In this document: in pieces, positions 1-10,241 of the stretch
Layout of the letters: each line of letters starts with the position of its first letter
Numbering within the stretch: the first letter of the stretch is position 1
Assembly: GCA_036012155.1 (NCBI GenBank)
Contig: DASCOT010000113.1
Location: 14,870 to 78,869, forward strand
DNA: 64,000 bases
Source of the DNA: Acidobacteriota bacterium
GTDB lineage: Bacteria; Acidobacteriota; UBA890; WLXD01
Direction of reading: 5' to 3'
Translations under genes and position numbers: made by a program
The notes under the pieces: model-generated
Databases searched by the model: none
Seen by the model: only the letters and a program-made list of their open reading frames with translations
Told to the model about the DNA's origin: nothing

Positions 1-141
1 CCCAACCAGAGTCCAATCAGCATCTGATAGCCCCCCACATGGCGATCAACGTGATCGTAGCATGCCCGATACACGGACTGTGGGGTCCTCGTCCGCCGGC
101 ACCGGGCGCCCGCCCACCGCCGCAGGCATCTGATCGGACGC

Positions 142-1167
142 TTACTCCCACTCCTTTACCAGGGCGCGCGCCAGCAACTCGTCGATCGCCTGTCGGGCCG
201 GCTTGCCGCCGTACAGCGCTCCGTACACCTGTTCGGCGATCGGCATCTCAACCCCGTGGCGTCGAGCCATCTGACGTACCGACCGGGTCGTGACGACCCC
301 CTCGGCAACCATCGTCATGTCGCGCGTCGCCTCCTCGAGGGTTTGGCCGCGCCCGATAGCCACCCCGACCCCTCGATTACGGCTCAGCGGCCCGTTGCAC
401 GTGAGCACCAGATCACCCAATCCGGCCAGCCCCATCATCGTTTCTGGCCTACCGCCGAGCTCGAGGGCAAGCGCCGACATCTCTTTCAGGCCACGGCAGA
501 TCAAGGCGGCATTGGTGTTGGCCCCGAGGCCGAGACCGACCGCAATCCCCGTCGCCATCGCAATCACGTTCTTCAGAGCGCCGGCGATCTCCACGCCAAT
601 GAGGTCGGGGTTGCGATAAACGCGCAACGGGCCATGGCTGAGGGCACCCTGGATCTCCTCTGCTGCTGCCGGATCTGCGCAGCCCAGAGCTATGGCCGTA
701 GGTTGGCCCTCGGCAAGCTCATGCGCGAACGACGGCCCGGACAAAGAAGAGAGCGAACGCACCGAAACCGGAATCACCTGCTCTAAGAGCTGGGTCATCC
801 GCAAGCCGCTATCTTCCTCGATTCCCTTGGTTGCCGAGACCAAGTGTGACCCGGAATCGACCGACGAGCCCAGTTCCGCCCAGACATCACGCAGAAAACC
901 GGAGGGAACGGCGCTGATGACCAGCTGCGCCCCACGCAGTGCTTCCTCCGCTATCGCCGTCACACGCAAGCGCTCCGGGAATCCGAATCCAGCCAGGTAG
1001 GCCGCGTTCTCGCGCTCCTCGCGCAGGCGCGCCACCTTCTTGGCGTCGTGACCCCAGAGCGCGACATCGTGCCCTGCCGAGGCGGCGTGGATCGCCAGCG
1101 CCGTGCCCCAGGAGCCGGCTCCGATCACCGCGACCGGCATGGGCGTCGGCACCGATGACTCCGTCAT
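142..1167 (-). CDS. gpsA: NAD(P)H-dependent glycerol-3-phosphate dehydrogenase
   Basis: 341-aa ORF. N-terminal Rossmann motif VAVIGAGSWGTALA, full-length GpsA-like sequence. Start may be an internal Met 9 codons later. Confidence 0.9.
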   Translation of the reverse strand: MTESSVPTPMPVAVIGAGSWGTALAIHAASAGHDVALWGHDAKKVARLREERENAAYLAGFGFPERLRVTAIAEEALRGAQLVISAVPSGFLRDVWAELGSSVDSGSHLVSATKGIEEDSGLRMTQLLEQVIPVSVRSLSSLSGPSFAHELAEGQPTAIALGCADPAAAEEIQGALSHGPLRVYRNPDLIGVEIAGALKNVIAMATGIAVGLGLGANTNAALICRGLKEMSALALELGGRPETMMGLAGLGDLVLTCNGPLSRNRGVGVAIGRGQTLEEATRDMTMVAEGVVTTRSVRQMARRHGVEMPIAEQVYGALYGGKPARQAIDELLARALVKEWE

Positions 1168-1763
1168 GATTCGCCCCTCCCGACCTGTGCCTCGTTGCCG
1201 GCTCGAAGGCGTGCGATGTTGCCACGGTGGCGCAGGCCAACCACCACCGCGACCAGCGCCGCACCAATCACTACCGCCGCCGGCTCACCCCGAGCGAAGA
1301 CGACGATCGGCAGCAGCGCTGCAGCACTGAGCGACGCCAGGGAGACGGTTCGATAGCATCCTGCCACGAGCGCAAAAGCCACCACAGAGATCCCCGTGGC
1401 CACCGGGCTCAGCACACCGAACGCACCGAGCATGGTCGCCACACCCTTGCCACCGCGCCCCCGTAGCCAGGGCGTATAGCAATGTCCCAACACGGCGCCG
1501 ACGCCACCGGCAACCGCCACGCTCGGAACACCGACTGCTAACACACTACCCAGCCATACTCCCGCAGCCCCCTTGCCAGCGTCGGCAGCCAGCGTCAACG
1601 CCCAGCCAGCCGGGCCGAGGAGGCGGCCGACATTGGTGGCCCCGATGTTGCCGCTGCCTACCGACCGAATGTCCCCGCGACCGAGAAGACGCACGAGGAG
1701 AAACCCGAACGGTACGCTACCGATAGCGAACCCCGCGACAAGGGCAGCGAGGGCGAGTCCCAA
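1164..1763 (-). CDS. plsY: glycerol-3-phosphate acyltransferase PlsY
   Basis: 199-aa hydrophobic ORF with PlsY-like motifs (SGNIGATN, GGKGVAT). 4-nt overlap with gpsA. Confidence 0.88.
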   Translation of the reverse strand: MGLALAALVAGFAIGSVPFGFLLVRLLGRGDIRSVGSGNIGATNVGRLLGPAGWALTLAADAGKGAAGVWLGSVLAVGVPSVAVAGGVGAVLGHCYTPWLRGRGGKGVATMLGAFGVLSPVATGISVVAFALVAGCYRTVSLASLSAAALLPIVVFARGEPAAVVIGAALVAVVVGLRHRGNIARLRAGNEAQVGRGES

Positions 1764-1775
1764 GGCTTACTCCTG

Positions 1776-2285
1776 CTAACTGGCCGTGTCGCGATCGTGG
1801 GTCACCTCTTCAATGAGGCAGCCCAACAAGCCGCTCGTTGCGGCTCGTCGCACGGCGACGCGATCGCCATCGTATACGCACCGCAGCGCTCGTAGTCGGT
1901 CGGGCCCCGAAACTGCGAGATAGACGGTCCCTACCGGGTCAGGACCGTCGGTGCCCGGGCCGGCCCAGCCAGTGACAGCCGCGCCATAGGTGGTCTGCGC
2001 CAGATCACGTGCACGCCGCGCCAGATCACGCGTCGTAACCATCGACACGATACCGTGGGCGTCGAGCACATCGGCGGACACGCCGATCAACTGACGCTTC
2101 GCAGCTGCTGTGTAGGCCACCACAGATCCCCAAAGGCACCCGGACGCCCCGGGAACCCTGGTCAGCGCCGCTCCTACTTCACCGCCCGTACACGACTCCA
2201 CGACAGCCAGCGTCTCGCCGCCCGCAATCAACATCGCTACGAGACGCCCCGCCAGCTCGTCGGCGGCACTCAGATCGGCAGCCAT
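1776..2285 (-). CDS. CinA-family C-terminal domain protein (PncC-like NMN deamidase)
   Basis: ORF translation MAADLSAADELAGRL...LAVVESCTGG matches the CinA C-terminal domain. Start placed at the internal Met (the ORF extends further upstream, overlapping pgpA). Confidence 0.75.
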   Translation of the reverse strand: MAADLSAADELAGRLVAMLIAGGETLAVVESCTGGEVGAALTRVPGASGCLWGSVVAYTAAAKRQLIGVSADVLDAHGIVSMVTTRDLARRARDLAQTTYGAAVTGWAGPGTDGPDPVGTVYLAVSGPDRLRALRCVYDGDRVAVRRAATSGLLGCLIEEVTHDRDTAS

Positions 2286-2728
2286 GATGTTGCCAGGTGC
2301 ACCAGTGCGAGCGCGTATACCCCCGCCAACACGTCGTCGGCCATGATGCCCCAACCAGCCGGCAACGCCTCGGCCTGGCGCACCGGGAACGGCTTGGCGA
2401 TATCGAAGACCCGAAAGAGCGCGAATGCCAACACGGCCGAGCCCCAGCCGGTCGTGCCCAGCAGCGCGAGCCACATGCCGGCGAGCTCGTCGACGACGAC
2501 CTCGGAAGGGTCCTCTGCTGCCAAGGATCTGCTGACCCGGGTTGCGGCCCATGCCCCGGCGACGATCACCACGAGCGTCGCGGCGGCCTGGGTAGCAACC
2601 GGTCGTGAGGCGAGCAGCAGCTCAAAGAGTCCGAGTCCCAGCAAGGAGCCCCAGGTTCCCGGAGGCCACAGGAAACCAATTCCGAGACAGCTCGTCAGTA
2701 GCCTCGAGGCCCAGGATACCGGGCTCAT
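2270..2728 (-). CDS. pgpA: phosphatidylglycerophosphatase A
   Basis: Hydrophobic ~150-aa protein with PgpA-like segments (RLLTSCLGIGFLWPPGTWGSLLG...FRVFDIAKPFPV). Start chosen at the Met beginning MSPVSWASRLL. Confidence 0.8.
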   Translation of the reverse strand: MSPVSWASRLLTSCLGIGFLWPPGTWGSLLGLGLFELLLASRPVATQAAATLVVIVAGAWAATRVSRSLAAEDPSEVVVDELAGMWLALLGTTGWGSAVLAFALFRVFDIAKPFPVRQAEALPAGWGIMADDVLAGVYALALVHLATSWLPI

Positions 2729-4023
2729 GGCTCCAGCCGCCCGAGCATGCGCGGGAACGGGATCGTCTCGCGCAGGTGCGGGCGGCCGGCGACCCACGCT
2801 ACGAGGCGCTCCAATCCCATGCCGAAGCCCGAGTGCGGCACCGTCCCGTAGCGTCTGAGGTCCATGTACCAGGCGTATGGCTCCAGTGGCAGCCGGTGCT
2901 CGCGCAGCCGGGCCTCCAATAAGTCAGGATCATGAATACGCTGGCCGCCACCTACGAGCTCACCGCATCCTTCGGGGGCGATCATGTCGCAGCCCAGCAC
3001 GAGGTCGGGCTGCTCGGGGTCCGGTTCCATGTAGAACGGCTTGATCTTCGTCGGGAACCGGCTGATAAAGACGGGGCGATCGTAGGCGTCGGAGATGATC
3101 GTCTCGTGGCCACCGCCGAAATCGTCGCCCCACTCGAACTCCTCGCCGGCACTCTTGAGGATCTCTACCGCCTCGTCGTAGTGGACTCGTGGGAATGGAC
3201 TGAGCACGGCCTGCAGCCTTCGGGTGTCACGCTCGAGTGTCTCCAGCTCGTTGGCACATGCCGTCAAGGCGCCCTGCACGACGGTGACGATGAAATCCTC
3301 CGCCAGATCCATGATGTCCTCGAGATCAGCGTACGCGACCTCTGGCTCGAGCATCCAGAACTCGGTCAGGTGGCGCCGCGTCTTCGATTTTTCGGCCCGG
3401 AAGGTCGGCCCGAAGCAGAAGACCTTGCCGTGCGCCATAGCTGCAGCCTCTTGATACAGCTGGCCGCTCTGCGTGAGAAAGGCCGAGCGACCGAAATAGT
3501 CGGTCTCGAACAGGCTCGTTGTCCCCTCGACCGATAGCGGCGTCAACACTGGGCTGTCGATGAGCGTGAACCCGCGATCGTGGAAATAGTCGCGACAGAG
3601 CCTCTCGAGCTTGCTACGCACACGCAGGATGGCGTGTTGCTGCGAGGACCGCAGCCACAAATGGCGCCGATCCATCAGAAACTCGATGCCGTGCTCCTTC
3701 GGCGTAATCGGATAGTCGTGGACCGGCTGCAGCACCTCCACGGCGGCCAATCCGATCTCGACGCCACCGAGTGCTCGCTCGTCCGCCTTCACACGTCCGG
3801 TAACAAAGACAGACGACTCCTGCCCGAGCACGTCGATCAGTTCCCAGAGCTGCTGGTCGATCTTGCTGCGGACCGCTACTGCCTGCACGACACCGGTGCC
3901 GTCGCGAACCTGCAGGAACGCGATCTTGCCGCTCGAGCGCTTGTTGTAAACCCAGCCGCGGACGCGCACTTCCGAGTCAACGTGATCGGCGAGATTTTCG
4001 ACGTACACAAACGGCGGCAACAC
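2725..4023 (-). CDS. asnS: asparagine--tRNA ligase
   Basis: 432 aa. N-terminal OB-fold (VRVRGWVYNKRSSGKIAFLQVRDGTG) and class II core (FRAE...GGGHETI...GFGMGLERL), length typical of AsnRS. Confidence 0.9.
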   Translation of the reverse strand: MLPPFVYVENLADHVDSEVRVRGWVYNKRSSGKIAFLQVRDGTGVVQAVAVRSKIDQQLWELIDVLGQESSVFVTGRVKADERALGGVEIGLAAVEVLQPVHDYPITPKEHGIEFLMDRRHLWLRSSQQHAILRVRSKLERLCRDYFHDRGFTLIDSPVLTPLSVEGTTSLFETDYFGRSAFLTQSGQLYQEAAAMAHGKVFCFGPTFRAEKSKTRRHLTEFWMLEPEVAYADLEDIMDLAEDFIVTVVQGALTACANELETLERDTRRLQAVLSPFPRVHYDEAVEILKSAGEEFEWGDDFGGGHETIISDAYDRPVFISRFPTKIKPFYMEPDPEQPDLVLGCDMIAPEGCGELVGGGQRIHDPDLLEARLREHRLPLEPYAWYMDLRRYGTVPHSGFGMGLERLVAWVAGRPHLRETIPFPRMLGRLEP

Positions 4024-4080
4024 GGCGGCTCCGTCAGCGGTTGGCAGTGACCGAAAAGGTACCGTCGCACTCAGCGCAAG

Positions 4081-5091
4081 TCACGCCTGGAGGCGACCGA
4101 AGCCCCGCAGCTGCCGCTGAGCGTCGTCCCATCCCAGCGCCGTCAGCGCTGCGCTGGCGTGCCTCCACGTGCGCGGCGCAAACTGCGCATATTCGCTATT
4201 GCCAACGACCGCCACTTGGTACCCGAATGTCCCGAGGGCCTTGAGGCAGCGCTGCAAACCGACGAGGCAGAAAGCCTGCCGGGCCGCTGGAGGCAAGCCT
4301 ACCGGGTGCGGCGGAACCTCGGCGGCGGCAGACAATTCGATGCGACATCGGCAACCCGCCCAGAAGCTTGCCAACGTCTCGGTTGCGATGACCGGATCGA
4401 CATCGCAGTAGTTGTCCCAGATGAGCGACACGATGTCGTACAGCATCGGCCCCGACATGACATCCTGGAAGTCGAGCACCATCAGCCGGTCACCGGCCAC
4501 CAGCAGATTGCGTGCATGGTAGTCACGATGGCACAGCGCTTGCGGCAGGCGCACGATCTCTGACACCAGGCGGTCGTAAACACGTGCTCGGGAGCCGTCG
4601 TCCCGATCAACTCCCAACCAGCCCCGGAGAGCGTGCCGCTCCATAAAGTCGAGCTCCTGGCGTAGCCGCGCGGCGTCCAGGCCCACGTCCGGGTTGGGAG
4701 CCAGGTGTCGGCGACCGTGGCGCTGTAGATGGACAATCGCCCGCGCCGCCTGTCGATACAGCCGACCGATCCGTGCCGGCTCTGCCCGGTCGAGCAGCTC
4801 CTCCCCCCCGTCTTCGACCACGACTGCGTACACGCCGAGCGACCGTATCCGTGGGACTCGAATGCCGGCGCGCTGGAAGAACGCCGCCGTCTTCACGTAG
4901 CGCGCTGCACCGGTTGGCTCGTCCTTCGGATAGACCACCAGGATGCTCGAGTCTGCCTCTTTGGTGACGCGAAAAAACCGCCGGGTCGAGGCGTGGCCGG
5001 TCAGGCGACCCAGCTGCGCATCGGCAGGTAGCGCAAGCCCCTCCAGGACGCCCTCGCCGGCGAGCTCGGCGTGGATCGCCTGGCGCGTCAC
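4081..5091 (-). CDS. aminoglycoside-phosphotransferase-family sugar kinase (AmgK-like anomeric sugar kinase candidate)
   Basis: 336 aa. APH/choline-kinase fold signatures (HRDYHARNLLV, VLDFQD). 4-nt overlap with the downstream nucleotidyltransferase gene. Confidence 0.7.
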   Translation of the reverse strand: MTRQAIHAELAGEGVLEGLALPADAQLGRLTGHASTRRFFRVTKEADSSILVVYPKDEPTGAARYVKTAAFFQRAGIRVPRIRSLGVYAVVVEDGGEELLDRAEPARIGRLYRQAARAIVHLQRHGRRHLAPNPDVGLDAARLRQELDFMERHALRGWLGVDRDDGSRARVYDRLVSEIVRLPQALCHRDYHARNLLVAGDRLMVLDFQDVMSGPMLYDIVSLIWDNYCDVDPVIATETLASFWAGCRCRIELSAAAEVPPHPVGLPPAARQAFCLVGLQRCLKALGTFGYQVAVVGNSEYAQFAPRTWRHASAALTALGWDDAQRQLRGFGRLQA

Positions 5092-6146
5092 GGACAGCTG
5101 GCCGGCGGTGCGGAGGCGCCGAAGGGGACCATTCCCTCGTGCGTGAAGACGGCCTCCTCAGCCTCGGTACCCGGCGGCACGCCAACACCTTCCATGACCA
5201 CCACGCGGTGCAATCGACACCGCGGGCCGACGTTGGAGCCTCTCCACAGCACACTCTCGGTCACTCGACTGCCACCCTCGACGCGACAAACATCGGCCGC
5301 CACTAGCCCCCTCAGAATGCTGCCGTGCTTGAGACGGGCACCGGCACCAATGAGGAAGGGAGGCTCAAGCCTGACGTTTTCTATGTGGGTATCTGGACTC
5401 ACGTAGCCACTGCTCAGGAGCCGCCGTGACCGCGCGTAGCCGAGCGAGGCGTGGCCATGATTCAGGGCGGCAAGCTGAGCATCGATATAGCGGCCCGGAT
5501 CACCGGCCTCGTACCAGCTGCCGGACAACGGCAGCGCATGCACCGGCAGCTCGGCGCGCAGTAGCGATCTGTACACCGGATCGACCATCCCCAGCGGCTC
5601 GTCGGGCGGAAGCGATTCCAAGACTTCCCGCTCCACTAGGTGCACCCCTGAGAACACACCCTCCACGGTACGTTCGGTGGTCGGCGCCGGATCACCCGGA
5701 AAGGCGATCAAGCGTCCAGCGTCGCTCGCGGTGACGGTCGGGTATCCGCGCGACGATTCGCCCCGGTACAGTCCCAAGGTTGCCAGAGCCCCGCTGCCAT
5801 GCTGACGCAACAGCGGGCCGAGAGCCAGTGACGCGACGGTGTCGCCGTTGACTAGCAACGTCGTAGGGCGGAGCTGTTCCAGGATCCGCCTTGGGCCCCC
5901 GGCGGTACCGAGCAGGCGCTCCTCGACGCTATAGCGAATCCTCATTTGGAACGCTAGCTTGCCGTACGTACCCGCGATCGAATCAGGCTGGTGGTGGAGG
6001 TTGATCCAGACCTCTCGGAACCCACAACGACGGAGCCAGTCGAGCGTGTAGTCGAGGAGGGGCCGATTCAGAAACGGCACGACCGCCTTGGCACAGTCGG
6101 CGGTCAGCGGGCGCAGACGCACGGCTTTCCCGGCCGCCAACACCAT
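5088..6146 (-). CDS. sugar-1-phosphate nucleotidyltransferase with C-terminal left-handed beta-helix (MurU/GlmU-like)
   Basis: 352 aa. N-terminal NTP-transferase motif MVLAAGKAVRLRPLT, C-terminal hexapeptide-repeat region. Translationally coupled to the upstream kinase. Confidence 0.75.
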   Translation of the reverse strand: MVLAAGKAVRLRPLTADCAKAVVPFLNRPLLDYTLDWLRRCGFREVWINLHHQPDSIAGTYGKLAFQMRIRYSVEERLLGTAGGPRRILEQLRPTTLLVNGDTVASLALGPLLRQHGSGALATLGLYRGESSRGYPTVTASDAGRLIAFPGDPAPTTERTVEGVFSGVHLVEREVLESLPPDEPLGMVDPVYRSLLRAELPVHALPLSGSWYEAGDPGRYIDAQLAALNHGHASLGYARSRRLLSSGYVSPDTHIENVRLEPPFLIGAGARLKHGSILRGLVAADVCRVEGGSRVTESVLWRGSNVGPRCRLHRVVVMEGVGVPPGTEAEEAVFTHEGMVPFGASAPPASCP

Positions 6147-6199
6147 GACGCCGAGCCGCGTGCCGTCGAACTGGAGCGCGTCGTCTCTCAGATCTGTCG

Positions 6200-6769
6200 T
6201 CAGAACGTGAGGAGCTCCTGCCGCTTGGCCTCGGCCATTTCGTCCACTCGATCGCAGAACTTGTCGGTCAGCTCCTGCCCGAGCTTGAGCGCGCGGTGTG
6301 CGTCATCCTGCGAGATCTCTTTGTCGTTCTCAATTCGCTTGATCTCGTCGTTCACGTCGCGGCGAATCTGCCGCAGCTCCGTCTTGCCATGTTCCGAGAT
6401 CGTTCCGACGTTCTTCGCAAGGTCCTGCCGACGCTCTTCGGTCAGCTCGGGGATCGGTACGCGAATCACCGCTCCGTCGTTGTTCGGATTCAGCCCCAGA
6501 TCCGCCTGCAGGATCGCCTTCTCGATGGCAGCGATGGAGCCTCTGTCATAGGGCTGCACGACCAGCAACTGTGGTTCTGGAGCCGCCAGGCTAGCGAGCT
6601 GATTCAACGGCGTCGATGTGCCGTAATAGTCGACCAGCACGTCGTCGAGAACTGCGGTGCTCGCACGGCCGGTCCGAATCGTTCGCAGCTCGTGCATCAA
6701 CGCCTCGATAGCGTCGTTCATCCGCTGTTGTCCAACTCGCAGCGCCTGCTGGACGGCGTCTTCGGTCAT
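6200..6769 (-). CDS. frr: ribosome recycling factor
   Basis: 189 aa, classical Frr sequence (RTGRASTAVLDDVLVDYYG...IRVPIPELTEERR). Confidence 0.95.
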   Translation of the reverse strand: MTEDAVQQALRVGQQRMNDAIEALMHELRTIRTGRASTAVLDDVLVDYYGTSTPLNQLASLAAPEPQLLVVQPYDRGSIAAIEKAILQADLGLNPNNDGAVIRVPIPELTEERRQDLAKNVGTISEHGKTELRQIRRDVNDEIKRIENDKEISQDDAHRALKLGQELTDKFCDRVDEMAEAKRQELLTF

Positions 6770-6781
6770 CGCTCGAGCACC

Positions 6782-7525
6782 TCAGCTGCTATGGGAGTAC
6801 TCCAGGGGAGCGATCAGTGATCCGATCGGCTCACCACGGATTGCCGCAACGATATTACCGGATTCCCGCATGTTGAAGATCAGAATGGGAAGCTCATTCT
6901 CCATACAATGGGCGACAGCCGCGGAGTCCATCACCCCGAGACGGCGGCTCAGCACCTCCTCGAACGTCGGGCGCTCGATCAAACGGGCCTCCGGATCTCG
7001 TGCCGGGTCAGCGGTGAACACTCCATCGACCTTGGTGCCCTTCATCAGCACATCGGCGTCCATCTCCAACGCCCGCAGCGCGGCCGCCGTGTCGGTGGAA
7101 AAGTACGGGCTACCGGTGCCAGCCGCAAAGATGACCACGCGACCCTTCTGTAAGTGCCTCTGCGCCCGACGACGGATGAACGGCTCGGCAACCTGGTCCA
7201 TGCGCAGCGCCGACATAACGCGGGTATCCAGGTCGCTCTTCTCGAGCGCATCCTGCAGCGCCAGACTGTTCATGACCGTCGCCAGCATGCCGATGTGATC
7301 GGCAGTGACACGGTCAATTCCGAGATCCTTGGCGTTTATTCCGCGGAAGATATTCCCACCGCCGATTACGATGCCCATTGCATCGCACGCCGAGCGCGCC
7401 TCGCGGATCTGGTCGGCAATCGCGTGCGTGACCCGGTGATCGATCCCGTACTCCCCCGAGCCCAGCAACACTTCGCCCGAGAGCTTCAGAAGCACGCGCC
7501 GATACGCTGGTCGTGCGTCGGTCAT
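6782..7525 (-). CDS. pyrH: UMP kinase
   Basis: 247 aa, YRRVLLKLSGE...GGGNIFRG motif typical of PyrH. Confidence 0.95.
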   Translation of the reverse strand: MTDARPAYRRVLLKLSGEVLLGSGEYGIDHRVTHAIADQIREARSACDAMGIVIGGGNIFRGINAKDLGIDRVTADHIGMLATVMNSLALQDALEKSDLDTRVMSALRMDQVAEPFIRRRAQRHLQKGRVVIFAAGTGSPYFSTDTAAALRALEMDADVLMKGTKVDGVFTADPARDPEARLIERPTFEEVLSRRLGVMDSAAVAHCMENELPILIFNMRESGNIVAAIRGEPIGSLIAPLEYSHSS

Positions 7526-7565
7526 GCACGAATCTCCAAATGAACGGCCACCCCGCCCCCGGTGG

Positions 7566-8204
7566 TCACTCCTCGGTGCTGACGGGCTTGCGCACCGCTA
7601 GGGTGGCATCCGAATCACCGATCGCCAGCCGCGAGAACCGCCCTATCCGGATATTCTCTCCGAGCTTGGTCACCGCGTCGGTGATCAGATCCGTGACCTT
7701 CCTGTCCGGCTCCTTGACGAAGCCCTGCTCTAGCAGACAGGTCTCGGCCAGGTAGCGGTTGACCTTTCCGTCGACGATCTTGTCGATGATGTTCTCCGGC
7801 TTACCCTCCGACAGCGCTTGCTCACGGTACACCTCGCGCTCGGAATCCAGGGCAGCCGCATCGACATCCTCTCGTGCGATGTGCTTGGGGTTGGCTGCCG
7901 CCACGTGCATGGCCAAGTCGCGAGCAAGCGATACGAAGTCTTCGTTTCGTGCAACGAAGTCCGTCTCGCAGTTGAGCTCTAGCAACACCGCGATCTTGCC
8001 GCCCATGTGGACGTACGACTCGATGCGCCCCTCGGTGGCAGCGCGGCCGGCCTTCTTGGCCGCCTTCGCCTTACCCATGGTGCGGAGAATCTTGATCGCC
8101 TCATCGATGTCGCCACTGGCTTCGCGCAACGCATGTTTGCAATCCATGAAGCCGACGCCGGTGCGCTCTCTGAGCTCTTTGACAGCGGCCGCACTAATAT
8201 CCAT
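7566..8204 (-). CDS. tsf: translation elongation factor Ts
   Basis: N-terminal UBA-like MDISAAAVKELRERTGVGFMDCKHAL. Start set at the conserved Met (the ORF extends 7 codons further upstream). Confidence 0.92.
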   Translation of the reverse strand: MDISAAAVKELRERTGVGFMDCKHALREASGDIDEAIKILRTMGKAKAAKKAGRAATEGRIESYVHMGGKIAVLLELNCETDFVARNEDFVSLARDLAMHVAAANPKHIAREDVDAAALDSEREVYREQALSEGKPENIIDKIVDGKVNRYLAETCLLEQGFVKEPDRKVTDLITDAVTKLGENIRIGRFSRLAIGDSDATLAVRKPVSTEE

Positions 8205-8285
8205 CTCTTCCGTCCTCGTACACAAAGTTCGTGGTAGTCGCGGACGCGTCCACGTCCACCGGCAGTAGCTGGTAAGGGTTCGGCG

Positions 8286-9296
8286 TCAGGCCTCGTCGGC
8301 CTCGGACGCTGTCTCCGACTCGGTGTCCGGTTTCTCTGGCGCGTCTGCCTCGGCCGATTCGTCGGCTGCCTGGGCCTCCTCCGACGTGGCTTCCACCTCT
8401 GCCGCCGCACCCTCGACTGCCACCTCGGCGTCGTCAGGAGTGCCCGCCGCCTCGGCCGCCTCACCCTCGGCTACCTCTTCAACTTCTTCCGCCTTGTCGG
8501 GCTCGGCTTGTTCCGCTTGGTCAGCCGCGGCCTGTTCCGCCTTGTCGGCCTCGGCTTGCTTCGCTTGGTCGGCCTCGGCACGCTCGCGAGCCGCCTCTTC
8601 GATGCTGGCGTCGTACGTTCCACGTCCCGCCAGCAGCGCGTTGGCTGCCGCCCAGCAATACAATCGGATCGCGCGCAGGGCGTCGTCGTTGCCTGGAACG
8701 ACAAAATCGATCCCATCCGGATCACAATTCGTGTCTACGATCGCGACAACCGGGATACCCAGCTTCAGCGCCTCGTCGACGGCAATCCGCTCGCGGCGGA
8801 TGTCCATCACGAAGACGACGTCGGGCAAGCCGCCCATGTGCTTGATTCCGACGAGGTTACGATCGAGCTTGAACAACTCACGCTTGAGCTTCAGCACTTC
8901 CTTCTTCGGCAAGAGGTCGAACCGTCCGTCCTCAGCCATCGCCTCGAGGTCTTTATAGCGCTCGATGCTCTTGCGTATCGTCTGGTAATTGGTGAGCAGC
9001 CCCCCGAGCCAGCGGTGGTTGACGTAGTACTGTCCGCAGCGGGTAGCCTCCTCGGCGATCGTTTCCTGCGCCTGTCGCTTCGTGCCGACGAACAGGACCT
9101 TGCCGCCCTGCGCCGCCTCCTGTTCCAGAAAGCTGAGCGCATCCTTCCACGCGGCCTGCGTCTTCTGCAGGTCGATGATGTAGATACCGTTCTTCTTGCC
9201 GAAGCTGAATGGCTTCATCTTCGGGTTCCAACGCCCGGTCTGATGGCCGAAATGGACCCCGGCCTCGAGCAGTTGCCGCAGCGAAACGCCGACCAC
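8286..9296 (-). CDS. rpsB: 30S ribosomal protein S2 with ~105-aa acidic low-complexity C-terminal tail
   Basis: Conserved S2 core ([15 protein letters not shown]...LPDVVFVMD) followed by an A/E/D/Q-rich tail. Confidence 0.93.
   Translation of the reverse strand: MVGVSLRQLLEAGVHFGHQTGRWNPKMKPFSFGKKNGIYIIDLQKTQAAWKDALSFLEQEAAQGGKVLFVGTKRQAQETIAEEATRCGQYYVNHRWLGGLLTNYQTIRKSIERYKDLEAMAEDGRFDLLPKKEVLKLKRELFKLDRNLVGIKHMGGLPDVVFVMDIRRERIAVDEALKLGIPVVAIVDTNCDPDGIDFVVPGNDDALRAIRLYCWAAANALLAGRGTYDASIEEAARERAEADQAKQAEADKAEQAAADQAEQAEPDKAEEVEEVAEGEAAEAAGTPDDAEVAVEGAAAEVEATSEEAQAADESAEADAPEKPDTESETASEADEA
8489..8579. repeat. imperfect 24-nt tandem repeat (~3.8 copies) inside the rpsB tail-coding region
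   Basis: Units ...gcttggtcagccgcggc / ctgttccgccttgtcggcctcggc / ttgcttcgcttggtcggcctcggc encode 8-aa repeats (AEADKAEQ-like). Confidence 0.7.
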
Positions 9297-9304
9297 GATT
9301 CCTC

Positions 9305-9697
9305 CTAACGCTTGCTGAACTGGAATCTGGCGCGTGCACCCTTCAGACCGTACTTCTTGCGCTCCTTACGGCGAGCGTCACGCGTCAGTAATCCGTGTTC
9401 CTTGAGGGCAGCGCGGAGGCCGGGATCGGAATCCAGGAGCGCGCGCGCCACACCGTGTCGCACTGCCCCTGCCTGGCCCGATGGCCCGCCGCCTTTCACC
9501 GTAATCATGAGATCAACCTTGCCTTCGGCTGCAGCCACCTGCAGCGGCAAGGTCACGGCCGCACGATGCGTTGCAATCGGAAAGTAGTGCTCCAGGGTCC
9601 GTCGATTGACGGTGATCTCCCCGGTCCCCGGGCGCATGAACACCCGCGCAATCGACGACTTCCGTTTGCCAGTGCCGTAGTACCGAACCTCTGTCAT
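9305..9697 (-). CDS. rpsI: 30S ribosomal protein S9
   Basis: [19 protein letters not shown]...ARFQFSKR, canonical S9. Start set at the conserved Met. Confidence 0.93.
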   Translation of the reverse strand: MTEVRYYGTGKRKSSIARVFMRPGTGEITVNRRTLEHYFPIATHRAAVTLPLQVAAAEGKVDLMITVKGGGPSGQAGAVRHGVARALLDSDPGLRAALKEHGLLTRDARRKERKKYGLKGARARFQFSKR

Positions 9698-9707
9698 GGT
9701 CTCCTCA

Positions 9708-10145
9708 TCAAGCCTTGTCGCCAACGAACGGCTCGGGATGCTGGCTCGCATGCGGGTGATCAGGACCCGCGTACACGCGTAGCTTTCCGTACATCTGTCG
9801 ACCCAATCGGGTTTTCGGAAGCATCCCCTTTACGGCAGCCTCGAGCACGCGCTCTGGATGCGTCTCCAAGACACGACGCGCGGTGGTTTCCTTCAGGCCA
9901 CCCGGATACCCGCTATACCGATAGTACTTCTTGTCATCGAGCTTGTTGCCCGTCAAGGCGATCTTCTCGGCATTCACCACCACCACGTGGTCGCCACAGT
10001 CCAAGAAGGGCGTGTAGATCGCCTTGTGCTTCCCCATTAGTAACCGGGCAATCGTCGTGGCTAGGCGACCCAGAACTTGGCCCTCGGCATCGACCGACCA
10101 CCAACGGCGCTCGATGTCCTTGGCGGATGGATATGGCGTACTCAT
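9708..10145 (-). CDS. rplM: 50S ribosomal protein L13
   Basis: 145 aa, [27 protein letters not shown]...VVVVNAEKI typical of L13. Confidence 0.93.
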   Translation of the reverse strand: MSTPYPSAKDIERRWWSVDAEGQVLGRLATTIARLLMGKHKAIYTPFLDCGDHVVVVNAEKIALTGNKLDDKKYYRYSGYPGGLKETTARRVLETHPERVLEAAVKGMLPKTRLGRQMYGKLRVYAGPDHPHASQHPEPFVGDKA

Positions 10146-10241
10146 CGGATCAACCTTGTCTTGCGGGTCCGTCCACCGGTGCGGCCTTCTCGGTACCCAG
10201 CGTATCGTTGCAAGCTCGCCTCGGCATTCTCTAATCGACCT

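Noticed and set aside
10146-10241. Possible intrinsic terminator after pnp
   Set aside because: Only weak, imperfect inverted repeats (ccaccggtg) and no U-tract. Cannot support a terminator call.
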